Source of the DNA: Bacteroidales bacterium
GTDB taxonomy: Bacteria > Bacteroidota > Bacteroidia > Bacteroidales > WCHB1-69
Reading direction: 5' to 3'
DNA: 64,000 bases
Assembly (NCBI GenBank): GCA_017535665.1
Contig: JAFXTS010000021.1
Span: 4,796 to 68,795, forward strand
Position 1 is the first letter of the stretch, and the number at the start of each line of letters is the position of its first letter. The notes under the pieces were generated by a model that made no database searches, had not been told where the DNA came from, and was given only the letters and a program-made list of their open reading frames with translations. A program made the position numbers and the translations under genes. Below are positions 53,443 to 63,501 of the stretch, piece after piece.

Positions 53443-55023
53443 ATGAAAAAGTTACTCTTATCTATTTTCTGCTTTGTCATCACATTTGGTTCTTCTGCCC
53501 AAATGGTCAACAAGAAATACGTCCCGCTGAAAGACATGGATCTGTTCCAATACTCCTTCAGAATCATAGAGAATGATGCAGACCTATTCTCGGCATATAT
53601 TTATCCCCGACGGGACAAAAAGCACATGTTTGCCAAGAAAAACGTGAAACACACCATCGCGGTTTTCAACAAGAAAAAACGTACGTTTTCCTACCATGAT
53701 GTAATCTTTCCAGCAACCCATTATACGGATGCCATATTTGATACGGGCAAAGATTATTTTGCTACTTTCACCCGCATTGAAAAGAAATCCACGGTGTATT
53801 GCACAACCCACATCCCCAAAGGAGGGACAGAGAATGCCCGTCCCGAAAAACGGATGGTCATCCCCACCACTGCCGTGTATGAAACGTATTTGGACTCTCC
53901 TGACGGGAATCTGCATGCGGTGATTTTATTGGCCGCCTTTAAAAAGGCTCATTTCAAAGTCTATGTTTTCGTTTACAATGCAAAAGGAGAGGAAGTGACT
54001 TTCGAGGAGTTCACCCCATCCACACGCACTCCTCTCTTTTCCTTTTCAAAGGCTGTCTTGATGAACAATGGCGACCTCACCATGCTGTTCATCAATTACG
54101 AACAAAAGGGGAAACAATACTCAGATTTCATGCTGCCATTGTCAAAAGCCACACTGCCGAAACCTACCGATGCAAAAAACACCTCCTTACACGTGGCCAC
54201 CCTCATTAATGGTGAACTGACAGAGTATCGCATCCCCCATTTCTCTTTCGGGGAAATACATTCTGCCAGCCTCCTTCCTCTGGACAGCAACAAGTGCTTC
54301 ATCGGCGGCTACTATGGAGAGATGACCTCCAAACCTTCCATCGGTTATTTTTCCTGTATCTTCGACCCCCATTCAGAAGACATTATTGAAACCCAAAACT
54401 ACATGCTTCCAGAAGAACAGAAGGGGCAGGACAAGCACATGTTTCTAGTTCATCTGAAATATCACATTCATGTTCGGGATATTGTGCGGTTGGAAAACGG
54501 AAAAGTGGTGATGCTGGGAGAGCACTGTGCTTATTCTGTACAGACTTCGCGAATGGGCAACACCACAACGACCAGCTATTCGAACTGGGCCAGCGATATC
54601 GTTTACCAGACCTTCGACACGACAGGCGAATGCGAACGCAACGATATGGTGCGCAAACTGCAGTCCTATTCGTCTGGCTCATGTATCGCGCCCGAGACCT
54701 TCAGCGATTATGTCTATGCTTTCAAGGATTTCCGAATCTCTTTTGATCACATTGTGGATGGCAACAACATCTATCTGATTTACAATAATAGCCTTGAACA
54801 CGACAAATACTGCAACCCAACCCCGCTGGAATACGGATCAACGTGTATTCGTCTGACAAAGCTTTCGCCGGATGGTGCGGTGGATTACAAGACCATCATG
54901 AAATGTTCAACCCGTAAGAGCTACCTCAAAAGACTCTGGTTAGTTGATGATGACGGAACCGTGTACATCTGCACCACAGGGAAACAGGGGTATGGCATTG
55001 AGTCTTTTGAGATAAAAAACTAA
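53443..55023 (+). CDS. Secreted hypothetical protein with no recognisable domain
   Basis: 526 aa. Signal peptide MKKLLLSIFCFVITFGSSAQ. A sampled line gives about 37% GC, much lower than the flanks. Confidence 0.6.
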   Translation: MKKLLLSIFCFVITFGSSAQMVNKKYVPLKDMDLFQYSFRIIENDADLFSAYIYPRRDKKHMFAKKNVKHTIAVFNKKKRTFSYHDVIFPATHYTDAIFDTGKDYFATFTRIEKKSTVYCTTHIPKGGTENARPEKRMVIPTTAVYETYLDSPDGNLHAVILLAAFKKAHFKVYVFVYNAKGEEVTFEEFTPSTRTPLFSFSKAVLMNNGDLTMLFINYEQKGKQYSDFMLPLSKATLPKPTDAKNTSLHVATLINGELTEYRIPHFSFGEIHSASLLPLDSNKCFIGGYYGEMTSKPSIGYFSCIFDPHSEDIIETQNYMLPEEQKGQDKHMFLVHLKYHIHVRDIVRLENGKVVMLGEHCAYSVQTSRMGNTTTTSYSNWASDIVYQTFDTTGECERNDMVRKLQSYSSGSCIAPETFSDYVYAFKDFRISFDHIVDGNNIYLIYNNSLEHDKYCNPTPLEYGSTCIRLTKLSPDGAVDYKTIMKCSTRKSYLKRLWLVDDDGTVYICTTGKQGYGIESFEIKN

Positions 55024-55064
55024 CATTAACCTTTTTATTCCTGTTGTAACAATTTCTTGAAAAT

Positions 55065-55096
55065 AAAAAAAGCACCCTTATTCATGGGTGCTTTTT
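55065..55096. terminator. Bidirectional terminator between the 526-aa ORF and tRNA-Val
   Basis: aaaaaagcaccc ttattcat gggtgcttttt. Confidence 0.7.
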
Positions 55097-55100
55097 CGTG

Positions 55101-55175
55101 TGATCTGTACTGGATTTGAACCAGTGACCTCTTGCCTGTCAAGCAAGCGCTCTAAACCAACTGAGCTAACAGATC
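55101..55175 (-). tRNA. tRNA-Val (anticodon GAC)
   Basis: The reverse complement is GATCTGTTAGCTCAGTTGGTTTAGAGCGCTTGCTTGACAGGCAAGAGGTCACTGGTTCAAATCCAGTACAGATCA, with anticodon loop TTGACAG. 75 nt. Confidence 0.9.
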
Positions 55176-55194
55176 ATTCGCTTGTTTGAGGCTG

Positions 55195-55202
55195 CAAAAA
55201 TA
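55195..55202 (-). promoter_or_regulatory. -7 box (TATTTTTG) for tRNA-Val
   Basis: The reverse complement of caaaaata lies 20 nt upstream of the tRNA 5' end. Confidence 0.5.
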
Positions 55203-55247
55203 CGATTTTTTTTGAAATCAGGGATTTTATTTGAAATCTTTTTCTCC

Positions 55248-57140
55248 TTATTTCTGAACAATCTTCCTATTATCTATCAACCAGCGAGTTACATTCACAA
55301 TTTTCTCCTCATCAAAACGGCTGCAGAGCCTTTCCACCACCGCCTTGATGTCCTCACATTCGTCATAAATGGACAAAACCGCCTCCGAAATCTGCAAAAA
55401 CTCCTCTTTGGTGAACTGCTCCTTGGCCTTTTTCAAACACACGTCGCACTTGCCGCAGGCGGGACTCTCCGTCTCGCCGAAGTAGGCCAGCAGCTGCCGG
55501 CTTCGACAGATGCTGTCAGTGGTGACATAGTGCTGCACTGACTCCAACCGCTTGGCGGCCACCTCCTTCCGTTGGGTATAGACCTTCCGGTCGTAAAACA
55601 GCCGTTTCTCTTCCACCCGCGGGCGTACAAACAACAGTTGCGGCAGCGACGTGCCAGGCTGGTAGTCAATATACCCCAGGTCGTGGAGCTGGTGGAGCTT
55701 CGCCACCACCTGCCGACGCGTACATCCCGCACGGCGCGCCAGCTCCTCCTCGTCAATCGTGACATACCGACTGAAAACGCCACTGTATGAGCGCAATATG
55801 AGCTGCATGAAGATCTCCTCTTTCCGGTATGACTCCCGCTTTTGCAGCTGGTCGAAGTCCTCACGCGACAGCGGAATCATCAGCTGCGGCGGCACGTATT
55901 TGTCATCCTCCAGCAATATCGCCCCCGTCTTTTCCATCAGCTTCACCGAATTGTACACCTCCACAGGGTTCCACTGATGCTTTTTGGCAAATTCCGCCAA
56001 ATCAATCGGATACGACTCATTCTCACCGCTACCGATAGGAATATACAGGTCGTTGCAGAGGGTTTTGTACACCTGCTGGATGAACTCCAACGGCGGGAAC
56101 GAACTGTTGAAGTTACGTTGCAGGTCGCGGAGGTCGCTGTCGTCGTACAGCAGCACCGCGATGGAGGGTTTCAGGTCGCGTCCTCCCCTACCCGCCTCCT
56201 GAAAGTAGCCTTCGAGCGTGTCGGGGATGTCGATGTGGATGACGAACCGCACGTCGGGCTTGTCGATACCCATACCGAAAGCGTTGGTGGAGACGATGAC
56301 GCGCGTCTTGCCGTCCATCCACTCCTGCTGCTTGCGGTCGCGCTCCTCTCCCGACAGCCCCGCATGGTAAAAGTCCGCGCTGATGCCGTTACGCTGCAGG
56401 AACTCGGCCGTTTCGCGCGTCTTGCGGCGGTTGCGCACATACACGATGCCCGTTCCGGCATACCGCTGCATGATACGCAACATTCGTCCCTGCTTATCTT
56501 GCTCTTTCACAACATAATAGGTGAGGTTATCGCGCAAAAAACTCTTCTGGAAGACATTCTCTTTTTTGAATTTCAGCTTCTCCTGAATATCCTTGACCAC
56601 CTCCGGCGTGGCAGTGGCCGTCAGCGCCAGCACCGGCACCTCCGGAAAAAACTGCCGAATCTCCGCAATCTCCAGATACGGCGGCCTGAAGTCGTAGCCC
56701 CACTGCGAGATGCAATGCGCCTCATCCACCGCAATCATCGAGATGTTCATCCTCTTCAAATTCACCCTAAAAAGATCAGTTTTCAACCTCTCTGGAGAGA
56801 CGTAAAGAAATTTCATCTCCTTATCAAACAGACAGTTGTCGATGGCGATACGAATTTTTTCCTGTGGCATTCCCGAGAAGATGGCAGCAGCTTTCACCCC
56901 GCGTTTTTTCAGGTTCATCACCTGATCTTTCATCAGAGCGATGAGGGGCGATATGACGATGCAGAGACCCTCTTTGGCGAGGGCAGGCACTTGAAAACAG
57001 ATGGATTTGCCACCGCCGGTGGGCAGCAGGGCCATCGTGTCGCGGTTCTCCATCACCGACAAAATGATGTCTTCCTGTAAAGGCCGGAACTGGTCGTACC
57101 CCCAGTGTTGTTTCAGAATTTGGTGTATCCGTTCGCGCAT
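55248..57140 (-). CDS. recQ: ATP-dependent DNA helicase RecQ
   Basis: 630 aa. Motifs LPTGGGKS, DEAHCISQWGYDFRP, the zinc-binding CGKCDVC and a C-terminal HRDC-like region. Confidence 0.95.
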   Translation of the reverse strand: MRERIHQILKQHWGYDQFRPLQEDIILSVMENRDTMALLPTGGGKSICFQVPALAKEGLCIVISPLIALMKDQVMNLKKRGVKAAAIFSGMPQEKIRIAIDNCLFDKEMKFLYVSPERLKTDLFRVNLKRMNISMIAVDEAHCISQWGYDFRPPYLEIAEIRQFFPEVPVLALTATATPEVVKDIQEKLKFKKENVFQKSFLRDNLTYYVVKEQDKQGRMLRIMQRYAGTGIVYVRNRRKTRETAEFLQRNGISADFYHAGLSGEERDRKQQEWMDGKTRVIVSTNAFGMGIDKPDVRFVIHIDIPDTLEGYFQEAGRGGRDLKPSIAVLLYDDSDLRDLQRNFNSSFPPLEFIQQVYKTLCNDLYIPIGSGENESYPIDLAEFAKKHQWNPVEVYNSVKLMEKTGAILLEDDKYVPPQLMIPLSREDFDQLQKRESYRKEEIFMQLILRSYSGVFSRYVTIDEEELARRAGCTRRQVVAKLHQLHDLGYIDYQPGTSLPQLLFVRPRVEEKRLFYDRKVYTQRKEVAAKRLESVQHYVTTDSICRSRQLLAYFGETESPACGKCDVCLKKAKEQFTKEEFLQISEAVLSIYDECEDIKAVVERLCSRFDEEKIVNVTRWLIDNRKIVQK

Positions 57141-57179
57141 AGTAGAGTTGTTTTGAGTAAAAAATAGAAAAGGATGAAA

Positions 57180-58982
57180 TTAGTCGTCGGATTCTTCCGC
57201 GATGACATCTTTATATACATCCAACACTTTGGCTCGTGAAAGGAAGCCGAGGTACTTGCGGTCTTTGGTGATGACCGGCAGGTTGAAATTGTCGGTCTGC
57301 TTGAACTTGGCGACCATCTCTTCGGCGGTATCGGTATCGAACACCACCACATCGGGAATGTAGAGCAGGTCGCGCACCGAGTAGGTGTCGTAGAGTTCAG
57401 GTTTGAAAATGGTGTCGCGATGATCATCCATCAACAACAGTCCCACAAACTTATGCTGGTCGTCCACCACCACGAAGATATTGCGTTTGCAGTCGGCGAT
57501 GACATCCACATACTGGCGCAAGGTAGCGTTGAGCGGCACGGTGCGCACGTTCTTGTCGAGCAGACTCAGGAAGTCGATCTGGCGGATGGCGTATTTGTCT
57601 TTGTTGTGGGTTTTCAGCTTGCCCTTCTGTGCCAGCCGGCGGGTATATACCGAGTAGGGTTCAAAGACCTTGGCGGTGACGTAGGCAATGGGCGAGGTGA
57701 CCATCAGTGGGATGAGGAGGCCGAAGCCGGAGGTGAGTTCGGCGATCAGGAAGATGCCCGTGAGCGGGGCGTGCATCACGCCGGCGAGCACTCCCGCCAT
57801 ACCCGCCAACACGCAGTTGGTGATGGGCGCATCGATATGACAGAAATGTCTGAGTATCACGGCGATAAAATATCCCACAAAGGCACCGATAAACAGCGAG
57901 GGAGCGAACACGCCGCCCACACCGCCGCTGGCATTGGTGATGGTGGTGGCCACCACTTTCAGGAAAATGATTCCCGCCAAAAAGAGCAGCAACACCCAGT
58001 AATCCTGACTGATAAAGGAGAAGAAGGGTGAATTTTTGAACAGTCCCAAACTATCGTCGCGCATCAGCTGAGCGATGTTGCCGTAACCCTCACCGTAGAA
58101 GGCGGGGAACACGAAAATCAGTCCGCCCAAAGCCAATCCACCGATGATAATTTTGATATAATACTGTTTGATTTTGGAGAAAAGACGGTCCACCACTCTC
58201 GACATTCGCAGGAAATAGACCGACATGAGGCCGGTGGTGATGCCGAGTACGATGTAGAGCCACACGTTTTTGATCTGGAACGGGGTGATGGGGGCGTTGG
58301 TGAGCATCACATCCTCGCCGAGGAAGAACATGGAGAGGATGGTACCGGTGGCGGCGGAAATCAGCAAGGGGACAATGGAAGTGGTGGTAAGGTCAAGCAT
58401 GAGCACCTCGATGGCGAAAACCACAGCCGCGATGGGGGCTTTAAAGATGGCGCCCATGGCCGCCGCGCTGCCACAGCCGAGCAGCAGGATGGTCTGTTTC
58501 GGCGTGAGGTTGAACAGCCGCGCGAGGTTGGAACCCACCGCCGAGCCCGTCAGCACAATTGGGGCCTCCATTCCCACCGAACCGCCGAAGCCAACCGTGA
58601 TGGAACTCGCTACCATAGAGCTATATACATTGTGCGGGCGGAGCTTACCGCCATAGTTGCTGATGGAGTTCAGCACGATACTCACTCCATGACTCAGGTC
58701 ATCTTTCACCCAATATCTGACAAAAAGAGCGGTGAGCAGAATACCCACCATCGGGAAGGCCAGATAGTAGTAGTTGACCTGTGCCTCGGGGAAGGCGGTG
58801 TTGAGCAGGTTGGTGGTGAAGTGCAGCAGGTTTTTGACCACGATGGCCACCGTTGCACCGCACACTCCCACAAAGAAACTGAGAAACAGCAGGGTGTTCT
58901 TTCCAAAAACGCCCGACAGCCAGTCTCTAACAGCGATGTACCATTTTTGCTTGCCTTTGCCTTCCTTCTTGGTGTTTTCCAT
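57180..58982 (-). CDS. ClC-family chloride channel / H+-Cl- antiporter with C-terminal CBS pair
   Basis: 600 aa. Selectivity motifs GGSVGMEAP and GIFAPS-like (GGVFAPSLFIGA). The C-terminus has tandem CBS-like modules. Confidence 0.9.
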   Translation of the reverse strand: MENTKKEGKGKQKWYIAVRDWLSGVFGKNTLLFLSFFVGVCGATVAIVVKNLLHFTTNLLNTAFPEAQVNYYYLAFPMVGILLTALFVRYWVKDDLSHGVSIVLNSISNYGGKLRPHNVYSSMVASSITVGFGGSVGMEAPIVLTGSAVGSNLARLFNLTPKQTILLLGCGSAAAMGAIFKAPIAAVVFAIEVLMLDLTTTSIVPLLISAATGTILSMFFLGEDVMLTNAPITPFQIKNVWLYIVLGITTGLMSVYFLRMSRVVDRLFSKIKQYYIKIIIGGLALGGLIFVFPAFYGEGYGNIAQLMRDDSLGLFKNSPFFSFISQDYWVLLLFLAGIIFLKVVATTITNASGGVGGVFAPSLFIGAFVGYFIAVILRHFCHIDAPITNCVLAGMAGVLAGVMHAPLTGIFLIAELTSGFGLLIPLMVTSPIAYVTAKVFEPYSVYTRRLAQKGKLKTHNKDKYAIRQIDFLSLLDKNVRTVPLNATLRQYVDVIADCKRNIFVVVDDQHKFVGLLLMDDHRDTIFKPELYDTYSVRDLLYIPDVVVFDTDTAEEMVAKFKQTDNFNLPVITKDRKYLGFLSRAKVLDVYKDVIAEESDD

Positions 58983-58984
58983 GA

Positions 58985-59779
58985 TTATTTATCCTCTCCT
59001 TCGTAATAGTCGAAACGCAGATGTTTTACTGTAATTCCTTTATTGATAAGTTGTTGTAATGATTCGATTCCAATTTGGAGATGTTCTTTGGCATAGTTGG
59101 CGGTGACGGCCTTGTCGGACTTTTCGGTCTTGATGCCGTCGGGCTGCATCGGCTGGTCGGAAACGAGCAGCAGCGCGCCGGTGGGGATGCGGTTGTAGAA
59201 GCCCACCGAGAAGAGCGTGGCGGTCTCCATGTCAACGGCGGTGGTGCGGATGCGGCGGAGGTAGCTCTTGAACTCCTCGTCGTGTTCCCACACGCGGCGG
59301 TTGGTGGTATAAACCGTGCCGGTCCAGTACTCGCGGCCGTGGTCGCGGATGGTGGTGGAGATGGCCTTCTCGAGGTTGAAGGCGGGCAGCGCCGGCACCT
59401 CAGGCGGGAAATAGTCATTGGAGGTACCTTCGCCCCGTATGGCAGCGATGGGCAAAATCAATTCTCCTAAACCGATATAGCTTTTCAGACTTCCGGTCTT
59501 CCCCAAAAACAGCACTGCCTTCGGCATGATGGCCGTCAGCAAATCCATGATAGTGGCCGCCATAGGACTTCCCATCTGGAAGTTGATGATGGAGATGTTG
59601 TCTTTGGTGGCACTCTGCATGGGTCGGTCCTCTCCCCTAATCTCAGCACCCATCATCTCAGCAAAATGCTTCACATAATCTTTGAAGTTGGTCAGAATAA
59701 TATATTGACCGAACCCCTCCAACGGCACACCCGTATAGCGGGGCAGCCAGTTTTCTACGATTTCTTGTTTGTTATTCAT
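58985..59779 (-). CDS. AMP nucleosidase-like nucleoside phosphorylase (PNP_UDP_1 fold)
   Basis: 264 aa. The N-terminus IVENWLPRYTG and AVDMETATLF are typical of short Bacteroidota Amn-like proteins. Confidence 0.7.
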   Translation of the reverse strand: MNNKQEIVENWLPRYTGVPLEGFGQYIILTNFKDYVKHFAEMMGAEIRGEDRPMQSATKDNISIINFQMGSPMAATIMDLLTAIMPKAVLFLGKTGSLKSYIGLGELILPIAAIRGEGTSNDYFPPEVPALPAFNLEKAISTTIRDHGREYWTGTVYTTNRRVWEHDEEFKSYLRRIRTTAVDMETATLFSVGFYNRIPTGALLLVSDQPMQPDGIKTEKSDKAVTANYAKEHLQIGIESLQQLINKGITVKHLRFDYYEGEDK

Positions 59780-59785
59780 GGTGTA

Positions 59786-61954
59786 TTATTTTTTGATTTT
59801 CCCGCTCGCCTGTTTCATCATTTCAAGGTTGCTGCGGGTACGCTCAATGTCTTTTTCTGTAGTATAAAGTTCCAACGCTCTCTCCAACAATGGAATAGCC
59901 TCGCTAAAGCGGTGCAACGAAGCGTAGGCGATGCCAAGGTTCTCGCACGCGCTGGCATAGTCGGGGTCGAGTTCGTGGGCGCGTTCCAAGTAGGCGATAG
60001 ACTGCTGCACGGCTGCTTTTTTCTGTTGGATGGTCTGCTGCAATGTCCTGTTGTCGGGTTGTGCCTGCAAAGCGTTTTCGGCCTGCGCTAATTCTGCCGC
60101 CGCCATTTCGCCAGTCAAGCGCCCCAGTATGTTGAGCAAGGCAGGCGAGTTGGGGTCATCGACGATGGCCGACTGCACCAAAGCCAAGGCTTCCGCACGC
60201 TTTCCCTCCTCAATCAGCCGGTTGGCCTCTACCACCGATGCGCCTTTCATCATCTCCAAATTCTCCAAGGCCATTTTATCGTCAGGTTTGCCCTGTAGCA
60301 CATTGGTATAGCATCGCGCCGCATTCACATAATCTTTTTTATAACAATACATTCTACCCAACAAACTCCACGTGTCGGTGTCGGAGCGTCCCAAGGCCAA
60401 CGCCTTGTTGAGATGCAACTCGGCCTTCTTGAGATATTTGTTCTTCTTTTTGGTGTTTTTCTCTTTTTGATAAAGATTCAAATAACTACCTCCTGCCGAC
60501 AAATTACACTTCATGCTTTCGGTAGAAGTCTCTACATCAGTGATAAACAGTTTGTTATCATCATACCATGCCCAATTTCGCACCGCCGTTTTTCCGGTAT
60601 AAGCGGCACAAAGCAGCAGAAATACCACCACCATCGCGATGGGAGCGGTAACCCAAGCGGGCATCGTGTCGGTCTGTTTCACTCTCCGCTTCACCACCTC
60701 TTGCCGCATCTTCACACCCCACGCCGCCCACTTCTGGAAAGCATACGCCACAACGAGTGCAAAACCCAACAACGGCATGAACATGAAACGCTCGTTCATA
60801 AAAGTACCGATGTTGAACAGCAGGTTGGACGTAATGGAAAAGGTGATGAAGAAAAGAGCGATACCAAATGCAAATATCTGGTTATCACTTCTTTTCCCTT
60901 TCAAAATTTGCACTAAAGCATACACCACATACGCCAACATGGCCAACACAATCAATATAACAAACCAAACGGCAGCATTGCTGAAATTGGTAATTTCGAT
61001 CTGGTGGGGATAGTAGTCGTGGGTGAGCGGATGAGGGAAGATCAGCAGTTTGAAATAGATGCCCCAGGTGAGCAGCACCGTGGCAATCTCCTGACTCTTA
61101 GTGGCATTCACAAACGGATTGTTGAGCACCATCTCCTGATGGGTGGTGTCGAGCACGCCGCCCAACACGCGCGACCGCACCACGATGAAAATGGCGGAGG
61201 CCACCAGCGCGGGCACCAGCGTCCAAACGTAGTCGAGTTTCCGTTCCGTCCCCTTGAATAGCAAGGCCAGCGGAATCACCGCGAGGAAGGTGACGGCATT
61301 TTCTTTGGAAAACAGTCCGAAAATCATCCCTACAAACGACAGCACCAGCCACCACCATTTCCGGCTTTCCACAAACTTCAAGGCGGTGAACAACGCCACC
61401 ATCGCCCCTAACATACTCATCATCTCATCCCGACCTTTAATATTAGCAACTGCTTCTGTATGAAGAGGATGCAACAAGAAGAGCAGAGTGGCAAGGAAGG
61501 GCAGCGACAGATACCACTTTTCGTTTTCCAATTGAGGGAAGATTTTTTGTAAAGTGATGTAAATGAGAAGACAAAGCAGGATGAAATAGATTACGTTGAT
61601 GCCGTGCTGAATGTAGGGAAGCGCGCTGTTGGCGAACAGCTCTTCGTTTTGTGGGGCGCGGTGCAGGCCGACCTCATCTTTGATCTTTCCTCCAAATGCC
61701 TGATATTCGGCCATAAAGGTTAGCTGCGACAACGGACGATAGCGCCCGCCGGCCACCAACTGCTCGCCCTCGCCGAAATAGCCCGTGAAGGCATCCTTGG
61801 TCATCACACTCTTCACATCGCCCTGGAGGGTGTAGTCATTCTCATAAATAATCATCCGGTCGTCGGAGGCATATTTCAGCCACAGAGTATCACCGTAGGC
61901 CAGCAACGCCACAGCAATGAAGATGATATATCGGATGAGATTTTTGTTTTTCAT
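59786..61954 (-). CDS. Polytopic membrane protein with C-terminal TPR repeats (TMTC / PMT-like glycosyltransferase-C fold candidate)
   Basis: 722 aa. About 10 predicted TM helices in the first approx. 470 aa, followed by TPR-like repeats (ALALGRSDTDTWSLLGRMY ..., YASACENLGIAY). Confidence 0.6.
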   Translation of the reverse strand: MKNKNLIRYIIFIAVALLAYGDTLWLKYASDDRMIIYENDYTLQGDVKSVMTKDAFTGYFGEGEQLVAGGRYRPLSQLTFMAEYQAFGGKIKDEVGLHRAPQNEELFANSALPYIQHGINVIYFILLCLLIYITLQKIFPQLENEKWYLSLPFLATLLFLLHPLHTEAVANIKGRDEMMSMLGAMVALFTALKFVESRKWWWLVLSFVGMIFGLFSKENAVTFLAVIPLALLFKGTERKLDYVWTLVPALVASAIFIVVRSRVLGGVLDTTHQEMVLNNPFVNATKSQEIATVLLTWGIYFKLLIFPHPLTHDYYPHQIEITNFSNAAVWFVILIVLAMLAYVVYALVQILKGKRSDNQIFAFGIALFFITFSITSNLLFNIGTFMNERFMFMPLLGFALVVAYAFQKWAAWGVKMRQEVVKRRVKQTDTMPAWVTAPIAMVVVFLLLCAAYTGKTAVRNWAWYDDNKLFITDVETSTESMKCNLSAGGSYLNLYQKEKNTKKKNKYLKKAELHLNKALALGRSDTDTWSLLGRMYCYKKDYVNAARCYTNVLQGKPDDKMALENLEMMKGASVVEANRLIEEGKRAEALALVQSAIVDDPNSPALLNILGRLTGEMAAAELAQAENALQAQPDNRTLQQTIQQKKAAVQQSIAYLERAHELDPDYASACENLGIAYASLHRFSEAIPLLERALELYTTEKDIERTRSNLEMMKQASGKIKK

Positions 61955-61975
61955 GATAATTTATCTTATTGTCTG

Positions 61976-62800
61976 TCAGGCACAAAGCACAAACAGATCG
62001 TCACGTTCGTTGATAAAAAGTACGGGGAGATTTTGCGGGTTGGCGAGAAGTTGTTTCTCGCGGGTGCCGAAAATCCGGTCGATGAAAGTCTTGTGGGTAG
62101 TCGTCATCACCACCAGCGCCGCACCCTGATAGTCGTCGGCATGCTCCACCGCATATTGGTCCAAATTGTAGGCTTTAGGGGTGATGATGTGAGGGATAGC
62201 TTGAATTTCTAAATTTTCGTATAATTTATTGATAAAATCCATCAAATCAGACAGTTTGTCTTTAGAGATGGAATCCTGATATTCATTATGAAGGATATGG
62301 ATGTTGGATTTTCCGTAGCGGTTGAAATAGCCGGCCCACAGGGCTTTTTCTTTGGCGGGCAGATCCACATCCACCGACAGAAGGATGTTCTGCCATTGCG
62401 GGTCGCGGACGGGGGCTTCGCCCACCGCCATGACGGGCAGTCGCGACGGGGCGATGAACTGCAAGGCCCGCAACGGGTTGAACTGTGCCGACGAGTTGCG
62501 CGACACGCCGATTACGTACATGATGTGATTGGCCGACTCGGCCATGGCGTGCAGACCTTCCGGCTGGAAGGGCATCTCGTTAACCGTCACCTCCACCATG
62601 GACTGGGCCTGCTGGAGTACTGTATGAAAATCGCCGTCTGCGATGCGAGACTGGCGCAGCGGCTCGAACGAGAAGTTGGTGACGATGGTGAGGGTGGATT
62701 CGAAGAAGCGGGCCAACGAGGCGGCGTGCAGCACGGCGGCATTCCCGACGGCTGAGTAGTCGGTTATGGCAATCACGTCGGTGTTCTTCTTTCGTTCCAT
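61976..62800 (-). CDS. Tandem universal stress protein (UspA-like) domain protein
   Basis: 274 aa. It consists of two approx. 135-aa halves with a Usp-like alpha/beta pattern. This is a weak motif-level call. Confidence 0.45.
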   Translation of the reverse strand: MERKKNTDVIAITDYSAVGNAAVLHAASLARFFESTLTIVTNFSFEPLRQSRIADGDFHTVLQQAQSMVEVTVNEMPFQPEGLHAMAESANHIMYVIGVSRNSSAQFNPLRALQFIAPSRLPVMAVGEAPVRDPQWQNILLSVDVDLPAKEKALWAGYFNRYGKSNIHILHNEYQDSISKDKLSDLMDFINKLYENLEIQAIPHIITPKAYNLDQYAVEHADDYQGAALVVMTTTHKTFIDRIFGTREKQLLANPQNLPVLFINERDDLFVLCA

Positions 62801-63495
62801 CAGTGCAGTCCTTTCACATTGGGTTTGGCAGCGATGTAGGCCTTGCCATAGTCGGGTTCGCAGTAGGCCACATCCTCAAACTGCTGGTTCTCGAACTTGC
62901 GCAGGGCAAGCGGAGCCATCCAGCGGGCGGAGATGGGCGTGGTGTTGAAGCGGGCATTCGGGTGGACCGACAGCAGCTCGCGACATTTGGCCATGCCATC
63001 GCCGCAGAACAGCACCGGCTGACGGTCGAGCAGCTCGCGGAAACTGTCCGCCTCGATAATCTTGGCAGAATAGGGCTCTACCTCCTGCAAGTTACTGTCG
63101 TACAGGGCGGAGAAAACCTCCATGCGGCGTGCGTCCAGCATGGGACAAACCAGCATGCCGGCATCAGGTGCTTCCGCTGCCACCGCTCCGGCGGCCATAA
63201 TCTGCAAGGTGGGGATGGCGATGAACGGAATGCCCAGCGCGTAACAAAGTCCTTTCGCGGTCGATACCCCGATGCGGAGACCGGTGTACGAGCCAGGGCC
63301 CATGCTCACGGCCACCGCCTTCAGCTGTGCGGGGGCGATGCCGCCTTCTTTCAGCACCTCCTCAATAAAAGGCATCAGAATATGGGCGTGCGAGCGGCCT
63401 TCTGCCGTTTCACGAAAAGCAACCTGCTCGATGCCTCTCGAAAGAGCCACCGAGCAGATTGAGGTGGATGTGTCTATACTTAAAATATAGGACAT
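62800..63495 (-). CDS. tsaB: tRNA t6A37 threonylcarbamoyl-transfer protein TsaB (YeaZ)
   Basis: 231 aa. ILSIDTSTSICSVAL and GPGSYTGLRIG motifs. Confidence 0.85.
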   Translation of the reverse strand: MSYILSIDTSTSICSVALSRGIEQVAFRETAEGRSHAHILMPFIEEVLKEGGIAPAQLKAVAVSMGPGSYTGLRIGVSTAKGLCYALGIPFIAIPTLQIMAAGAVAAEAPDAGMLVCPMLDARRMEVFSALYDSNLQEVEPYSAKIIEADSFRELLDRQPVLFCGDGMAKCRELLSVHPNARFNTTPISARWMAPLALRKFENQQFEDVAYCEPDYGKAYIAAKPNVKGLH

Positions 63496-63501
63496 GTCAG
63501 A

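Noticed and set aside
55842-57080. 412-aa + strand ORF.
   Set aside because: It is antisense to recQ (DEAH box and zinc finger present on the minus strand).
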